Shown: piece by piece, positions 37,252 to 47,182 of the stretch
Layout: each line of letters begins with the position of its first letter
How positions within the stretch are numbered: the first letter of the stretch is position 1
From: a virus
Taxonomy: Duplodnaviria; Caudoviricetes
Length of the DNA stretch: 64,000 bases
Reading direction: 5' to 3' (one strand)
Virus record (IMG/VR): IMGVR_UViG_3300027255_000165
Position numbers and translations under genes: made by a program
Notes under the pieces: generated by a model
Databases searched by the model: none
What the model was told of the DNA's origin: nothing
Seen by the model: the letters and a program-made list of their open reading frames with translations, nothing else

Positions 37252-39507
37252 TTAGAATCTGTCGTTGACTACTCTAACGTCAATACCTGACTGAAGGATT
37301 TGCGCTAGCTTCTTGAGTTCGGCCGTTGAAATTGCAGAAGATTCAGATTTATTATTCTCTTTACCTGGAACTTCAGCACCTGTGCCTGGCTTTTTAGGAG
37401 GAGCAGTTTCACCACCACCTGGAAGTAAACCATCGAGGAAGCTTCCTTTCTTGTCTCCTGCTTTTTCTAATAGCTCTGACAAGTGATTCAAGGCTTCAAC
37501 TAGTGAAGATCCCATTTTCTCAATGGCAGTTTCTCCATCGTTCTTTGCAAGATATGCAAGACCTTCATATAACTTTCTGACCTCTGTGACTTTCTTTAGA
37601 TCAAGTGAATTAACACCTTTGGTCCAATCTTGCATTGAATCGGCCATGTCTTCCATTGCATCGGCCATATCTTCGTATGCTTCTGCAGCGGCTTCAATTT
37701 GATCAACCGTCATACTCTTGCCGGCTTCCACAAAAACAGCTGTCATTGCACCGATAATTTGCTTGGTCTTATCAACGGTTCCTTTAACATCAATTTCTTG
37801 CTGAGAAAACGTTTTAATGAACTCTGACAATTTAACCAGCGGATCTGACATCTTTTGAACAATCTCAATACCTTCTTCTACCTTTGAGTTACCAAACCAA
37901 CCCCATGGGTCAGCTGCTTCTGGCATTGCGCCAATCTTACCAAATGTAGATGATAGAGCAACTACGATTTTTTGAGTGTTGCGAGTGACGGCGTCAAAGT
38001 CTTCATCCTTTAGCTGTCTAAATGCAATAGGGTTACCGTTTTTATCCCACTTAGTAGGGAATCTTAGTAACGCCATTTCTTGTACTCCAGTTGCAATACC
38101 GGTTAGTGCTCTACCCATACCCGAAACAGCTGAAATACCTTGTGCAACCACAGATGTATCTGAACCGCTACCGAACATTGCACCGATTAGTCCAGCACCT
38201 CCTCCAGGATATTTCATGCCCACTTTAGCAAATGAGTCGGCTAAAACAGTCGTGACTTTATCAATTTGACCAGGTAGAGTTTCATAATCAATTTGCATCG
38301 ATTGAAACTTTTCGATACCTTTCGAAATCGATATTAGAGCTAAACCTGACATGATCAAGGCCGGCGCAGCGGCATACATTGAAGCAATTGATTTAACAGG
38401 TAATGTAAACGATCGTGCAAGGGATAGAATTGCCCATTCCATGTTTGACATCATTCTACCAGCACCAAACCCTAAGAAACCTTCGGTTACATGGCCTGAA
38501 TCCGCTAACAAATAATCAAACTTTCCAGGTTTCATTACAGCTGCAATGGCTGCAAATCCAGCAGAGACTAATAATAATGCTAAACCCGATATCACCATTG
38601 CTGCCGCGCCAGGAATAATAAGTACTGCAGCGGCTCCGGCAGCTGCCATTAAAACTCCAAGTCCGGTGACAGTTGCTCCGACTTGAGCAATCGTAGTCCA
38701 ACCTTCTGAGGTTGGTGGAACGGCAGTTCTAAAAATCGCAAATGAAGCTGCTAAAATTAAAAGCGGTAGACTCGACAATCCAATCGCGATTGCACCTCGT
38801 TGAATAAGCGGTGATAAAAGACCTGCGATACTAAATACTATTGCGGTTCCTAAAACTAAGACAGCTAGGAAAACTCCCATACTAGCAATGGCTCCATTAC
38901 CAACTCCACCGAACGTAGATTCAATGATTAGATAACTCACTGCCAATCCACCTGAAAGTGTTATAAATGCTAAACCTGCAATAGCTAATCCTGTTGCAAC
39001 CTTTTTGATTGTTCTATCAATGCCCATTGCCTGGATCAAAAAGAATATACTGGCAACTGCTAAGATCATGAAGGCCGCTAATGGTAGGGCCACCATACCT
39101 ATGATTAATAGAGGAAGTGAAAGCGCCAACATTGCTGCAAATTTGAAAATAGCTTTACCTAGTCCTACAACGGCTGATATACCCTTGACGACTGAATTGA
39201 TCTTTTTCTCCATTTGTTCTCCAGACGGAGCGGCATTTATAGAATCAATGATAATTTTAAAAGCCTGTGCAATGCCTTGAGCTGCTGGACCAATTAGCTT
39301 TAATGTAGCTTTATCTAAACCAGTCAGTGGAGATTTATATACAGATGTATTCTTTTCTATTTTTTTCAAGTAACCGATCATTTCTTCAATCTTACCCAAC
39401 AAAGCACCGCCGGGTGAAACAGACTCTGCTGTCACCCTAGTGGCGGTTTCAATGTTTTGAAGACTTTGAGATGAAAGTTTCTCGAATGGAGAACTGAAAA
39501 GTTTCAC
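37252..39507 (-). CDS. tape-measure-like protein
   Basis: 751 aa, Ala/Gly-rich helical with long hydrophobic stretches; follows tube and gp26/gp51. Confidence 0.65.
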   Translation of the reverse strand: MKLFSSPFEKLSSQSLQNIETATRVTAESVSPGGALLGKIEEMIGYLKKIEKNTSVYKSPLTGLDKATLKLIGPAAQGIAQAFKIIIDSINAAPSGEQMEKKINSVVKGISAVVGLGKAIFKFAAMLALSLPLLIIGMVALPLAAFMILAVASIFFLIQAMGIDRTIKKVATGLAIAGLAFITLSGGLAVSYLIIESTFGGVGNGAIASMGVFLAVLVLGTAIVFSIAGLLSPLIQRGAIAIGLSSLPLLILAASFAIFRTAVPPTSEGWTTIAQVGATVTGLGVLMAAAGAAAVLIIPGAAAMVISGLALLLVSAGFAAIAAVMKPGKFDYLLADSGHVTEGFLGFGAGRMMSNMEWAILSLARSFTLPVKSIASMYAAAPALIMSGLALISISKGIEKFQSMQIDYETLPGQIDKVTTVLADSFAKVGMKYPGGGAGLIGAMFGSGSDTSVVAQGISAVSGMGRALTGIATGVQEMALLRFPTKWDKNGNPIAFRQLKDEDFDAVTRNTQKIVVALSSTFGKIGAMPEAADPWGWFGNSKVEEGIEIVQKMSDPLVKLSEFIKTFSQQEIDVKGTVDKTKQIIGAMTAVFVEAGKSMTVDQIEAAAEAYEDMADAMEDMADSMQDWTKGVNSLDLKKVTEVRKLYEGLAYLAKNDGETAIEKMGSSLVEALNHLSELLEKAGDKKGSFLDGLLPGGGETAPPKKPGTGAEVPGKENNKSESSAISTAELKKLAQILQSGIDVRVVNDRF

Positions 39508-39544
39508 TTATTTAGCATAGATGTTTTTTACTCTAGTCTATATA

Positions 39545-39868
39545 TTAGAGCTTTGGCATTTTAACTGAAGGCATCTTCATTCCTCCCATGCTACCTGCGT
39601 TAAAGTTACCGTAATTTGGCATCTTTGGCATTTTAGCTTGTGACTTCATTTCAGCAGATTGGTCATCATACTGCTCTTGTTCCTTCTTATTTGATTTATC
39701 TTGCTCTTTTAAGTGGTCTATCAGGTGCTTAACATAATACCAGTACTCATAGTATGGCATCTGTTCAATCTCACTCGGTTGTAGTCGAATGTGATGCGCA
39801 AGATAGAACTTAGTCTTAAAGAAGTTCTCCAGAGAGATCTGAAATAAGGAAAAGAGATTTGATCCCAC
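39545..39868 (-). CDS. gp51: gp51-like baseplate hub assembly / tail chaperone C-terminal part (possibly frameshift-expressed)
   Basis: SLENFFKT.F.L.HH....SEIE.MP..E...YV..L resembles T4-like gp51; only a GTG start; overlaps gp26-like in the +1 frame. Confidence 0.6.
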   Translation of the reverse strand: MGSNLFSLFQISLENFFKTKFYLAHHIRLQPSEIEQMPYYEYWYYVKHLIDHLKEQDKSNKKEQEQYDDQSAEMKSQAKMPKMPNYGNFNAGSMGGMKMPSVKMPKL

Positions 39869-40742
39869 CGGGAAAGTTCATAGGTACGAGGACCTCCTCA
39901 CCCTCGTGGTCAACTTTCAAATCAGTTTTAACACCGACCTTCATCTTTTCAGCTAATCTATAGATGACCATGTATTTCTTTTCATTCCAACCCTGGAACT
40001 CAATTTCTTTTTCAAAAATAACCTTAGAACCAAATCCTCTCCAATCAGTTGTAATGTATGGAAGAATTTGTAAGAATGATTGATCAAACGTCTTACGCTC
40101 TCTTTGACGAAGTTGAATGAATTTTGTAACCTCTTCCATCACACCGATTGAAGGTGGTCTCATTACAACTTCACCTGCAGATTTAGTTTGAATAACAAAT
40201 GCGCGAGCTTCTTCACTGTAATATGGAGCAATCTCTGAATCAATATCTTCGGTCTGAAGGTACTTAATTGATAATTCTACATCCATGTTTTTACCATCGT
40301 GTTGATGCTTAATCATGATTTTATTCTCTGGTTCAGGAAAAGTAAGATCTCTGATCAAAAGAAGTAAATAGATTCTATCTTCCTCAAGGATGTCCTTATA
40401 TGAAAGAATTCTTGAACCTGATTGAATTCTGACACAACCTTTAATGATTTGATTTAACTTTTCTTCGATATCGAGAATGTTGCTTTCGTCAAGTGTTGAG
40501 AAGTGTCTAATTTCAGCTACTCTCGCAGATCTAATTTTAATTGAAGTATCGACTGGATAAAACATACCCTCAGATGGTACATCTTCGACTTTAACATCAA
40601 CATATCCCAAATGAATGTCTGAATCCAATGTGTCATTGTTAAACCTAGTCATTGACGCTTTGCCAAGACCGTTCTTTTTTACTTCTTCAACGATGCCGTC
40701 TTTCTCGTCAACCATTGATTTGTAATCGTTTTCTTCGCTCAT
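39816..40742 (-). CDS. gp26: gp26-like baseplate hub subunit / tail assembly chaperone
   Basis: +PS.G.FY...IKIR....E...EDR.YLLL.IR..T..+MRPP.+G pattern; position after the tube gene. Confidence 0.65.
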   Translation of the reverse strand: MSEENDYKSMVDEKDGIVEEVKKNGLGKASMTRFNNDTLDSDIHLGYVDVKVEDVPSEGMFYPVDTSIKIRSARVAEIRHFSTLDESNILDIEEKLNQIIKGCVRIQSGSRILSYKDILEEDRIYLLLLIRDLTFPEPENKIMIKHQHDGKNMDVELSIKYLQTEDIDSEIAPYYSEEARAFVIQTKSAGEVVMRPPSIGVMEEVTKFIQLRQRERKTFDQSFLQILPYITTDWRGFGSKVIFEKEIEFQGWNEKKYMVIYRLAEKMKVGVKTDLKVDHEGEEVLVPMNFPGGIKSLFLISDLSGELL

Positions 40743-40744
40743 AA

Positions 40745-40969
40745 TTATTTGTTTTTAAGTTGCTTTAACCTGGTTTTGTCAAATGTCTTCTGATCATCTG
40801 ACGTAGATTCGATTTTAAGTCGGATTAATTCTCTAATGAAAGCTGACATTGAAATTGGTCTTGATCCGTTTTCAATTGCGTCATTAAGAATGATTCTGTT
40901 GAGAATTGCCACCTCATCTTCAGACAGAAGAACCTGAAGTTTTTTGGTAAGCTTTGATGTATCGTTCAT
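40745..40969 (-). CDS. ribbon-helix-helix (CopG-like) DNA-binding protein
   Basis: KKLQVLLSEDE....(strand-helix)...SMSAFIRELI (helix). Confidence 0.6.
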   Translation of the reverse strand: MNDTSKLTKKLQVLLSEDEVAILNRIILNDAIENGSRPISMSAFIRELIRLKIESTSDDQKTFDKTRLKQLKNK

Positions 40970-41049
40970 ACTACCTTGATAAGATATTATCTTTTAAAAA
41001 GTGTCAAAAAAGGGAGCAGATCTTATGAACCTGCTCCTCTTTTATAAAA

Positions 41050-41604
41050 TTATGCAAGTTGTTCTTTCCAAGAATCAACTCTCCAAGTAACCTCTAGGGT
41101 TTGAGGAGCTGCGTCTGAATAGTCACCACCCTCTAGGAATGGAAGACCTGATGAAATGAACGCATCTTCTAGAGTAACTGTTCTAAAGATGTCACCTGCT
41201 CTGTTAAATTGTGTTACGATGATAGTACCAACGTAATCTTTCTTTAGGCCAAAAGCACCGGTATTTGGATTGTAAATCAAATTATACCATTGTTTTAGCG
41301 TCTTGTATACGTATGCTTCGTTAGCTTCGTTCAAGTTAAGTTCGAAAGCGATTGCAACGTCTAGTGCAGTTGAATCTGGTTGAGATGCAAATGAACGTGT
41401 TACAAACTTAAACTTCTGCTCCTGAGTACCAATCTCTTTGTTGATTGCTAGACCAGAAATTGACTTAACTTGCTGAAGAAGCATGTTAGCACCTTGTACA
41501 CCTGCAGGTGGGATAATTGTTACTTCGAACAGTGACTGTTGTACTGGTTCAAAGTTTCTACCCTTTCTGCTGGTCTGATCGTTTGAATAGTGTGGTAAAG
41601 GCAT
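41050..41604 (-). CDS. gp19: tail tube protein
   Basis: 184 aa, follows the sheath; F.V.I..P..+.+F......Y..L..W....G.KKDY...I.V.Q..R.G....T..L..AF. Confidence 0.85.
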   Translation of the reverse strand: MPLPHYSNDQTSRKGRNFEPVQQSLFEVTIIPPAGVQGANMLLQQVKSISGLAINKEIGTQEQKFKFVTRSFASQPDSTALDVAIAFELNLNEANEAYVYKTLKQWYNLIYNPNTGAFGLKKDYVGTIIVTQFNRAGDIFRTVTLEDAFISSGLPFLEGGDYSDAAPQTLEVTWRVDSWKEQLA

Positions 41605-41623
41605 TTTCTTCTTAAGCTTTTTT

Positions 41624-41631
41624 TATATATC
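41624..41631 (-). promoter_or_regulatory. putative late promoter GATATATA
   Basis: Upstream of the tube gene. Confidence 0.6.
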
Positions 41632-41634
41632 TAA

Positions 41635-43929
41635 TTAGCTGAAGTTACCAGTTGAGATTTCTCCAGTGTTTAGGATCGTAGTTCTGTGAACAACAATCTC
41701 TAGACCTTTAACTGGTTCAACATAAGTATCGACGATACCCATATTTGCATCAATCACATCATTGGTATTGTTTGTAGTGTCCATTACGTTTTTGTAATCG
41801 TAAACACCAAAGTCAGCTTTAACTGATTCCATAAATGAGTCAGCTAGAGTTTTAATTTCAAGTCTTGTTTGAGCAGTGTTGAACTCAAATACGTAATCCT
41901 TAAGAATGTTGGCAATACCTTCCTGTATGAAGATCAACACCTCCCTTACGTGAGCCGATGACAGCGCTGATTGAACAGACTGCTGTGCAGTCTTGTTACC
42001 GAGAATTGTTAGACCAACGCCTCTTTGGAAGACGATTGGGTTGTAACCGAATGGCTCAAGAACATCTCTGTCCGCCTTGTCGAATGCGTATTCTGCGCCT
42101 GATACACCAGAACCAGAAACTACACCTCTTCTTGGACCAGCAACGATTGCCCATGGTAGAGAATCAGTGTACTTGTCAATGAAGTTGTTAGAAACGTAAG
42201 ATGCTGGAGGAACGATTAGATCTTTATTGTTCTCTCTAACAACTAGACCTGGACCGTAGTAGAATGCAAAGTTAGCACCTTCGTTGATTGAAGGTAGAGA
42301 ATACAATGAAGTTGGGTTCTTGTCTAGGTTACCGCCATTCGCAACGTAATTTACATTGAATGCACCATTATCATCGATGAAAGATGGGTTTGTAGATGCT
42401 TTGAATTCAAAGATCATTGGCGCGTTTAGGATGGCAGAAGCATTCTGTCTAGTCTTAGCTAGGTTTGAAAGCTGTGACTTATTTAGAATACCGTTCGCAG
42501 ATTCATAAGAACCAAATGTATCAACAATGTATCTGTACGTGATGTTATCTTTGTCTGCTAGAGTGTTACCTAGGTTTGTACCAGTGTTTACTGCGTCTAG
42601 GCAATCTAGGATAGACTGTGTACCAATCTTCGCTCCATCTAGAACGAATGGGTAATAGACAGCAGTTGCTTCTTCGTATGAAGAATAAGCTCCTGCAAAT
42701 ACTGCAGCTGGTGTCGTATGTACGTAAACTGTGTAAGTTGTAATTGGATCTGCCGGAGGTGCTGGTGCTGTAGTAGCTGGAATAACGTTTTTAATGATTC
42801 TAGTTACCTTAGCAAGTCTATTGGTAGCGTCAGCATGAATGTAGTGACCAACCTTTAGATCAAACGTTGGTGGAGTAAGTATACCCTGGTATGTGAATGT
42901 TGCGGTGTTTGAACCAGCAGCATATACCCATGCAGCATCAATCATAACATCTCTATCACCTGTAGTTAAAGAATACGATAGAGCGTCTAGAGAATCACCA
43001 GTGTGACCGATTAAATCAACTGCAGTACCGTTTGCTTCGTCAAGAACTGCATCTTCTAGAACAGCGCAGAACAAACCTGTTCTTCTTGCTTCAGAATTGA
43101 TCATTGTCTCAACGTACATTTGGTTGCCTTCTAGATCTGTGAAACCTGGAAGAATAGAACCAGTGTATTGTGCAATTAGAGATACTTGTCTTAGGTTAGC
43201 AAATTCAGCAAGCTTAGTCTTATCTAGACCATCAGCTGTAAAGAATTCGCCATAAATAGGATCTGTGTCCATTACAAGTGCATCAAAGCCTCCTTTGAAT
43301 ACGAATACGTCAACCATGAAGTCTGACATATAATCAAAGTCATTTAGGTATGCAGGAACGTTACCTTCTCCGTACCACTCTCTTGCAGTGATATTGAAAG
43401 GTTTAACGTCTTGTGCTTGTCTAACAATAACAGTGATAGGATCTTGCTTAATGTTAGCAAATCTTAGAACGTTACCTTTAATAGCATTACCGACTACATT
43501 GTTAACTGCGTCGTCAGAAGGAGTCCAGAATTTTTCAATGTTGAAAAACTTTGAGTACTCATTTTCATTCTCAATTGCAGTTGAAAGTGCATCTGAAGCA
43601 TCAGTTACAGGTGCTGCATAAGAAATTTTGTCATTGCTATCAAATTTAGCTAGGTTAAGAGCTAGGATAGGACCTCTTGTTAGAGCTGTAAGAGCTGATC
43701 TGTGGAAGAACATGCCTTTTTTCTCCAAGTTGCGATCAATGCTACCAAAAACATTGATGAACTGTTCAACTGAGTCGATCAAAACAGGAGAATTGTATGG
43801 TCCTTTCTTAGAGTGACCAACAATCAATCTGATTGTTTCGGCTGGAATGTTGACAGTCTGCGACTTATCGAATTCAAGTCTGTATACACCAGAGCTCTTG
43901 AATTGTAGAAGTTGTGGACTTAGTGCCAT
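41635..43929 (-). CDS. gp18: tail sheath protein
   Basis: N-terminal SSGVYRLEFD; C-terminal AGPRRGVV..YNPIV..GNKT..VREVLI..FEFN..TR..I..VEPVK. Confidence 0.95.
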   Translation of the reverse strand: MALSPQLLQFKSSGVYRLEFDKSQTVNIPAETIRLIVGHSKKGPYNSPVLIDSVEQFINVFGSIDRNLEKKGMFFHRSALTALTRGPILALNLAKFDSNDKISYAAPVTDASDALSTAIENENEYSKFFNIEKFWTPSDDAVNNVVGNAIKGNVLRFANIKQDPITVIVRQAQDVKPFNITAREWYGEGNVPAYLNDFDYMSDFMVDVFVFKGGFDALVMDTDPIYGEFFTADGLDKTKLAEFANLRQVSLIAQYTGSILPGFTDLEGNQMYVETMINSEARRTGLFCAVLEDAVLDEANGTAVDLIGHTGDSLDALSYSLTTGDRDVMIDAAWVYAAGSNTATFTYQGILTPPTFDLKVGHYIHADATNRLAKVTRIIKNVIPATTAPAPPADPITTYTVYVHTTPAAVFAGAYSSYEEATAVYYPFVLDGAKIGTQSILDCLDAVNTGTNLGNTLADKDNITYRYIVDTFGSYESANGILNKSQLSNLAKTRQNASAILNAPMIFEFKASTNPSFIDDNGAFNVNYVANGGNLDKNPTSLYSLPSINEGANFAFYYGPGLVVRENNKDLIVPPASYVSNNFIDKYTDSLPWAIVAGPRRGVVSGSGVSGAEYAFDKADRDVLEPFGYNPIVFQRGVGLTILGNKTAQQSVQSALSSAHVREVLIFIQEGIANILKDYVFEFNTAQTRLEIKTLADSFMESVKADFGVYDYKNVMDTTNNTNDVIDANMGIVDTYVEPVKGLEIVVHRTTILNTGEISTGNFS

Positions 43930-43960
43930 AATTTTATATTGGACTTTTTTTTGCTTTAAC

Positions 43961-43968
43961 TATATATC
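43961..43968 (-). promoter_or_regulatory. putative late promoter GATATATA
   Basis: Upstream of the sheath gene. Confidence 0.65.
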
Positions 43969-43988
43969 AAGGAAACTACGACAATTTA

Positions 43989-45818
43989 TCAATTCAACAG
44001 ATCATAAATGTCATATTGTAGATCTCCGTCAGTGTTTTGATCTTTATAAAGAATTTTCTCCATGTAGTTGTGAAGTTCTTCATCAATGTGATCAAGAACC
44101 TCTTCAATGAAGTCAGCGTAATCAACTGTTAAGAAGAATTCAGTGATCGTGACACACGTCATTAGAGTATCGTCATTACCATGTTGAGCACCATAAGAAC
44201 CATTTACAAGAGTACCGAACATTGATGCTTCTGTTACTGTTTGATGTTCAGTGAAATCAATTCTATTACCCTCAACTAGCTTTTTAAGGTTCTGACACAT
44301 CACAGGTTTATTGTCGGATTTGACTCTAATGCCTGGTTTCAAAACCCTTGCATCGTGGCGGTGTCTGAATCTAACAATCATCTCTTCATCAAACTCGTTT
44401 CTCTGTGGGAATAGAGTTGTCAAATACTTAATTAGAATAGAACCATAGGTATTGTATTCAATGATCAATTTAACGTTCTCAGGCTCAAAGATTTCAACTG
44501 ATAGGGTATAAAGTACTTTAGCAAAGTCTTCAATTACGTGCTCATTAGACCTAAATAGACCAATCTGCTTTAACGTGAAGAAATCGTACATTGCCCCTGG
44601 GTTTTGAACGTACTTCATTTGCTTCTTTTTCATTGGCACTATCTCGAATAGGTTGATTACAGAATAGTCGCCACCGTTACCTTCGGCAATGTCAACTGAG
44701 AACACATAATATCTACCTTCTTCCTTTGCGTATTCAACATCAAAATCCGGAGCAAACCCAAGGTATCCCTTCAAATCCATGTGAATGTTTTCAAACTCTT
44801 CAAGATCTTCGTATTCGTATTTAGCCATTCCCTTGCGAAGTTTCTTCATCGTTACGGGGTCAAATAGTAGGTTTGATGATGATACGAATTCATTACCGTA
44901 TTGGCGGTTAAAGGCTTCTTCAGAGCCCAGGTTACCTAATTCACGTTCATACCATTCATCGTCTCTGTCGGGGTGTTGCCACCAGTCAATACGAGTGGCT
45001 TTATAGGCATTTAGCCCCTTCTCTGCAGCTGAATAGATTTCATAGAACTTATTGAAACCGTTAGGTGTAGAAGTGATGATGATACGTGATACCTTTGACG
45101 CCGACAGGGTAGGATATACGTTTTCATAGAACGTATCTACAATTGAACCGTGAATGTGTGCAAACTCGTCCAAGAATAGAGTGTGAATCGTAAAACCGAT
45201 ACCTGCTTTAGCAGTGGTAGATTGACCTACAAGACGACAACCGTTATCAGCTTTAACGTTCATAACGTCATACTTAATAATGCCCGGTTTCATAAAGAAG
45301 GGTAGGTTCTCAATTACGGTTTTGGCCTTATCGATAATTTCTTTAGTTGTATCTGACTTGTTCGCAAGAAGTAGAGTGTTCTTGTCAACTTGGAAAGTTA
45401 GGTACCATGCGTTAAAGATTGAAGCTGTAACGGTTTTACCCATTTGGCGAGAAGCTAGAACTACATTAAATCTTTCATTTTGAAAGTTACGTAACATGTC
45501 CTTTTGATAGTCTCTAAGCTTAACTTTACGAATACCTTCGTCAGTCATAACCACTGCATACTTTTCAGCAAAGTATACAATATCACTTGCACATTTTGCA
45601 AGTTCTTGAATTTCTTCGTCAGTGTATTCAAATACAATGTTACCCTTTCGTAGAAATTGTTTACCCTCATAGAAGGGCAAAGAAATCTTTGGACGATAAC
45701 CCTGGTCCATCGCAACTACTAGATCAGATACCTTTTTAGATGACCATACTAGTTTTGCTGCGGTGGAATCATCGTTATCCTTTGGGATCCAAACGTTATC
45801 TCCTACGTAATCGCTCAT
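43989..45818 (-). CDS. gp17: terminase large subunit
   Basis: Walker A SRQMGKT, Walker B LFLDEFAH, STPNG.N.FY, nuclease VDIAEG.GGDYS..HGNDD. Confidence 0.97.
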   Translation of the reverse strand: MSDYVGDNVWIPKDNDDSTAAKLVWSSKKVSDLVVAMDQGYRPKISLPFYEGKQFLRKGNIVFEYTDEEIQELAKCASDIVYFAEKYAVVMTDEGIRKVKLRDYQKDMLRNFQNERFNVVLASRQMGKTVTASIFNAWYLTFQVDKNTLLLANKSDTTKEIIDKAKTVIENLPFFMKPGIIKYDVMNVKADNGCRLVGQSTTAKAGIGFTIHTLFLDEFAHIHGSIVDTFYENVYPTLSASKVSRIIITSTPNGFNKFYEIYSAAEKGLNAYKATRIDWWQHPDRDDEWYERELGNLGSEEAFNRQYGNEFVSSSNLLFDPVTMKKLRKGMAKYEYEDLEEFENIHMDLKGYLGFAPDFDVEYAKEEGRYYVFSVDIAEGNGGDYSVINLFEIVPMKKKQMKYVQNPGAMYDFFTLKQIGLFRSNEHVIEDFAKVLYTLSVEIFEPENVKLIIEYNTYGSILIKYLTTLFPQRNEFDEEMIVRFRHRHDARVLKPGIRVKSDNKPVMCQNLKKLVEGNRIDFTEHQTVTEASMFGTLVNGSYGAQHGNDDTLMTCVTITEFFLTVDYADFIEEVLDHIDEELHNYMEKILYKDQNTDGDLQYDIYDLLN

Positions 45819-46468
45819 TCTTCAGTGTTATCTGTTGTATCTTCTTCAATTTCAGCGTCTTCGACGTTACCTGCGATTGAAGCCTGAATCTTTGACATCA
45901 GATCTTTGGTTCCACGCTGAACGTTAGATGAACCCTTTTCATTGTTAAAGTCCTCAGAGATTTGACGATTTGTCTTTTCCTGATATAATTCAGAATCTCT
46001 AGCGATACGCTTCATTGATTCTTCAGTTGCCATCAAATACATCGTTTGTGATTTGATGATGTCCAACATTGACTTTTGTAGGGTTGCAAGAACCTCGAAC
46101 ATCCTAGGAGCCATGTCGCCATCCTCGATGGTCTCTAATAAACGAGTTAGTGCTCTTTCACCCGCTTGGAGTTGATACACTAGAGATGACATCGTCATCT
46201 CGTCCATCTTTCTCTTGGCTTTAACGTATTCATTATGTTCAATGATGTCGGAATCTAGATAGAACCTCATCAAGGCATCAATGGTCTTTTTAGCCTGTTT
46301 ATCTGCACCAGTTTTAACCTCTAAGAAGTTAAATGTTGGTCTATGGTGTGCTGGAAGCTGTGGATCTACGTCAATGATTCCTTCAAGGGATTCATTGTCT
46401 CCGATCAAACTATCCAATTCATTTCTAATCTCGTCCGCTTGGGAACGAAGAGTTTTCTTATCCGACAT
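45815..46468 (-). CDS. probable terminase small subunit
   Basis: Immediately upstream of TerL with ATGA overlap; helical, PRMFEVLATL motif. Confidence 0.6.
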   Translation of the reverse strand: MSDKKTLRSQADEIRNELDSLIGDNESLEGIIDVDPQLPAHHRPTFNFLEVKTGADKQAKKTIDALMRFYLDSDIIEHNEYVKAKRKMDEMTMSSLVYQLQAGERALTRLLETIEDGDMAPRMFEVLATLQKSMLDIIKSQTMYLMATEESMKRIARDSELYQEKTNRQISEDFNNEKGSSNVQRGTKDLMSKIQASIAGNVEDAEIEEDTTDNTEE

Positions 46469-46498
46469 AATGGTAATAAGTTATTCTGGTAGTATATA

Positions 46499-47182
46499 TC
46501 AGAACTTCGGAATACCGCCGATCTTTTCGGCTCTGAATCTCCAGTGGTTGATCACCTCTTCTCTGGTTTCAGGGGTTAGGTAATCCTGTGTGTCTAAGTA
46601 TTGATTGACAGTATCAATCATTGACATCTTTCTTTTCTTGGCTTCGTATCTTAAACCTTGAAGATTTGCATCAACCTCCTTTGGTAGCAATAGATACATG
46701 TGTTGTGGTAGAATTCCAGACTTAATTAACAGTCTCATCTGTTGATCGTCTTCATTCGGTTTACCACCCCTATAATTGCCAATGTTTGGACCGTCTTGTG
46801 TGATGTGTTCAATTTCATGTCTAATAACATCTGCAAGGTGCATATAAATTTCAGACCAATACCCTGGTAACCACTTTGGGTTAACGTCAAAGTCAATAAT
46901 GATGTAAGGTGTTTGATCTTCGTCATCGTCATCGATGTCTCGACCGTCTGCTCCGGTTGTATTGTGAATGTCAAATCCCTTTGACTTGAAATGAATGTTT
47001 GCGTCAAAATCAAACTCCAATCCTGGAAGTTCTATTTGCTGATAGAAGCTACCTTGACTTTTACCAGATTTATGGTCAGTGACCCACTTCTTAAAACAAT
47101 CTTTTAGAAGTTGACTTGCAACTCCGTCAAGTTTAGCTCCCTTTTCATATAGGGCTTGAAATTCAGAGTATCGTATGATCAT
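46499..47182 (-). CDS. hypothetical protein with HExxH zinc-binding motif
   Basis: VIRHEIEHITQ ... EVDANLQG. Confidence 0.65.
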   Translation of the reverse strand: MIIRYSEFQALYEKGAKLDGVASQLLKDCFKKWVTDHKSGKSQGSFYQQIELPGLEFDFDANIHFKSKGFDIHNTTGADGRDIDDDDEDQTPYIIIDFDVNPKWLPGYWSEIYMHLADVIRHEIEHITQDGPNIGNYRGGKPNEDDQQMRLLIKSGILPQHMYLLLPKEVDANLQGLRYEAKKRKMSMIDTVNQYLDTQDYLTPETREEVINHWRFRAEKIGGIPKF

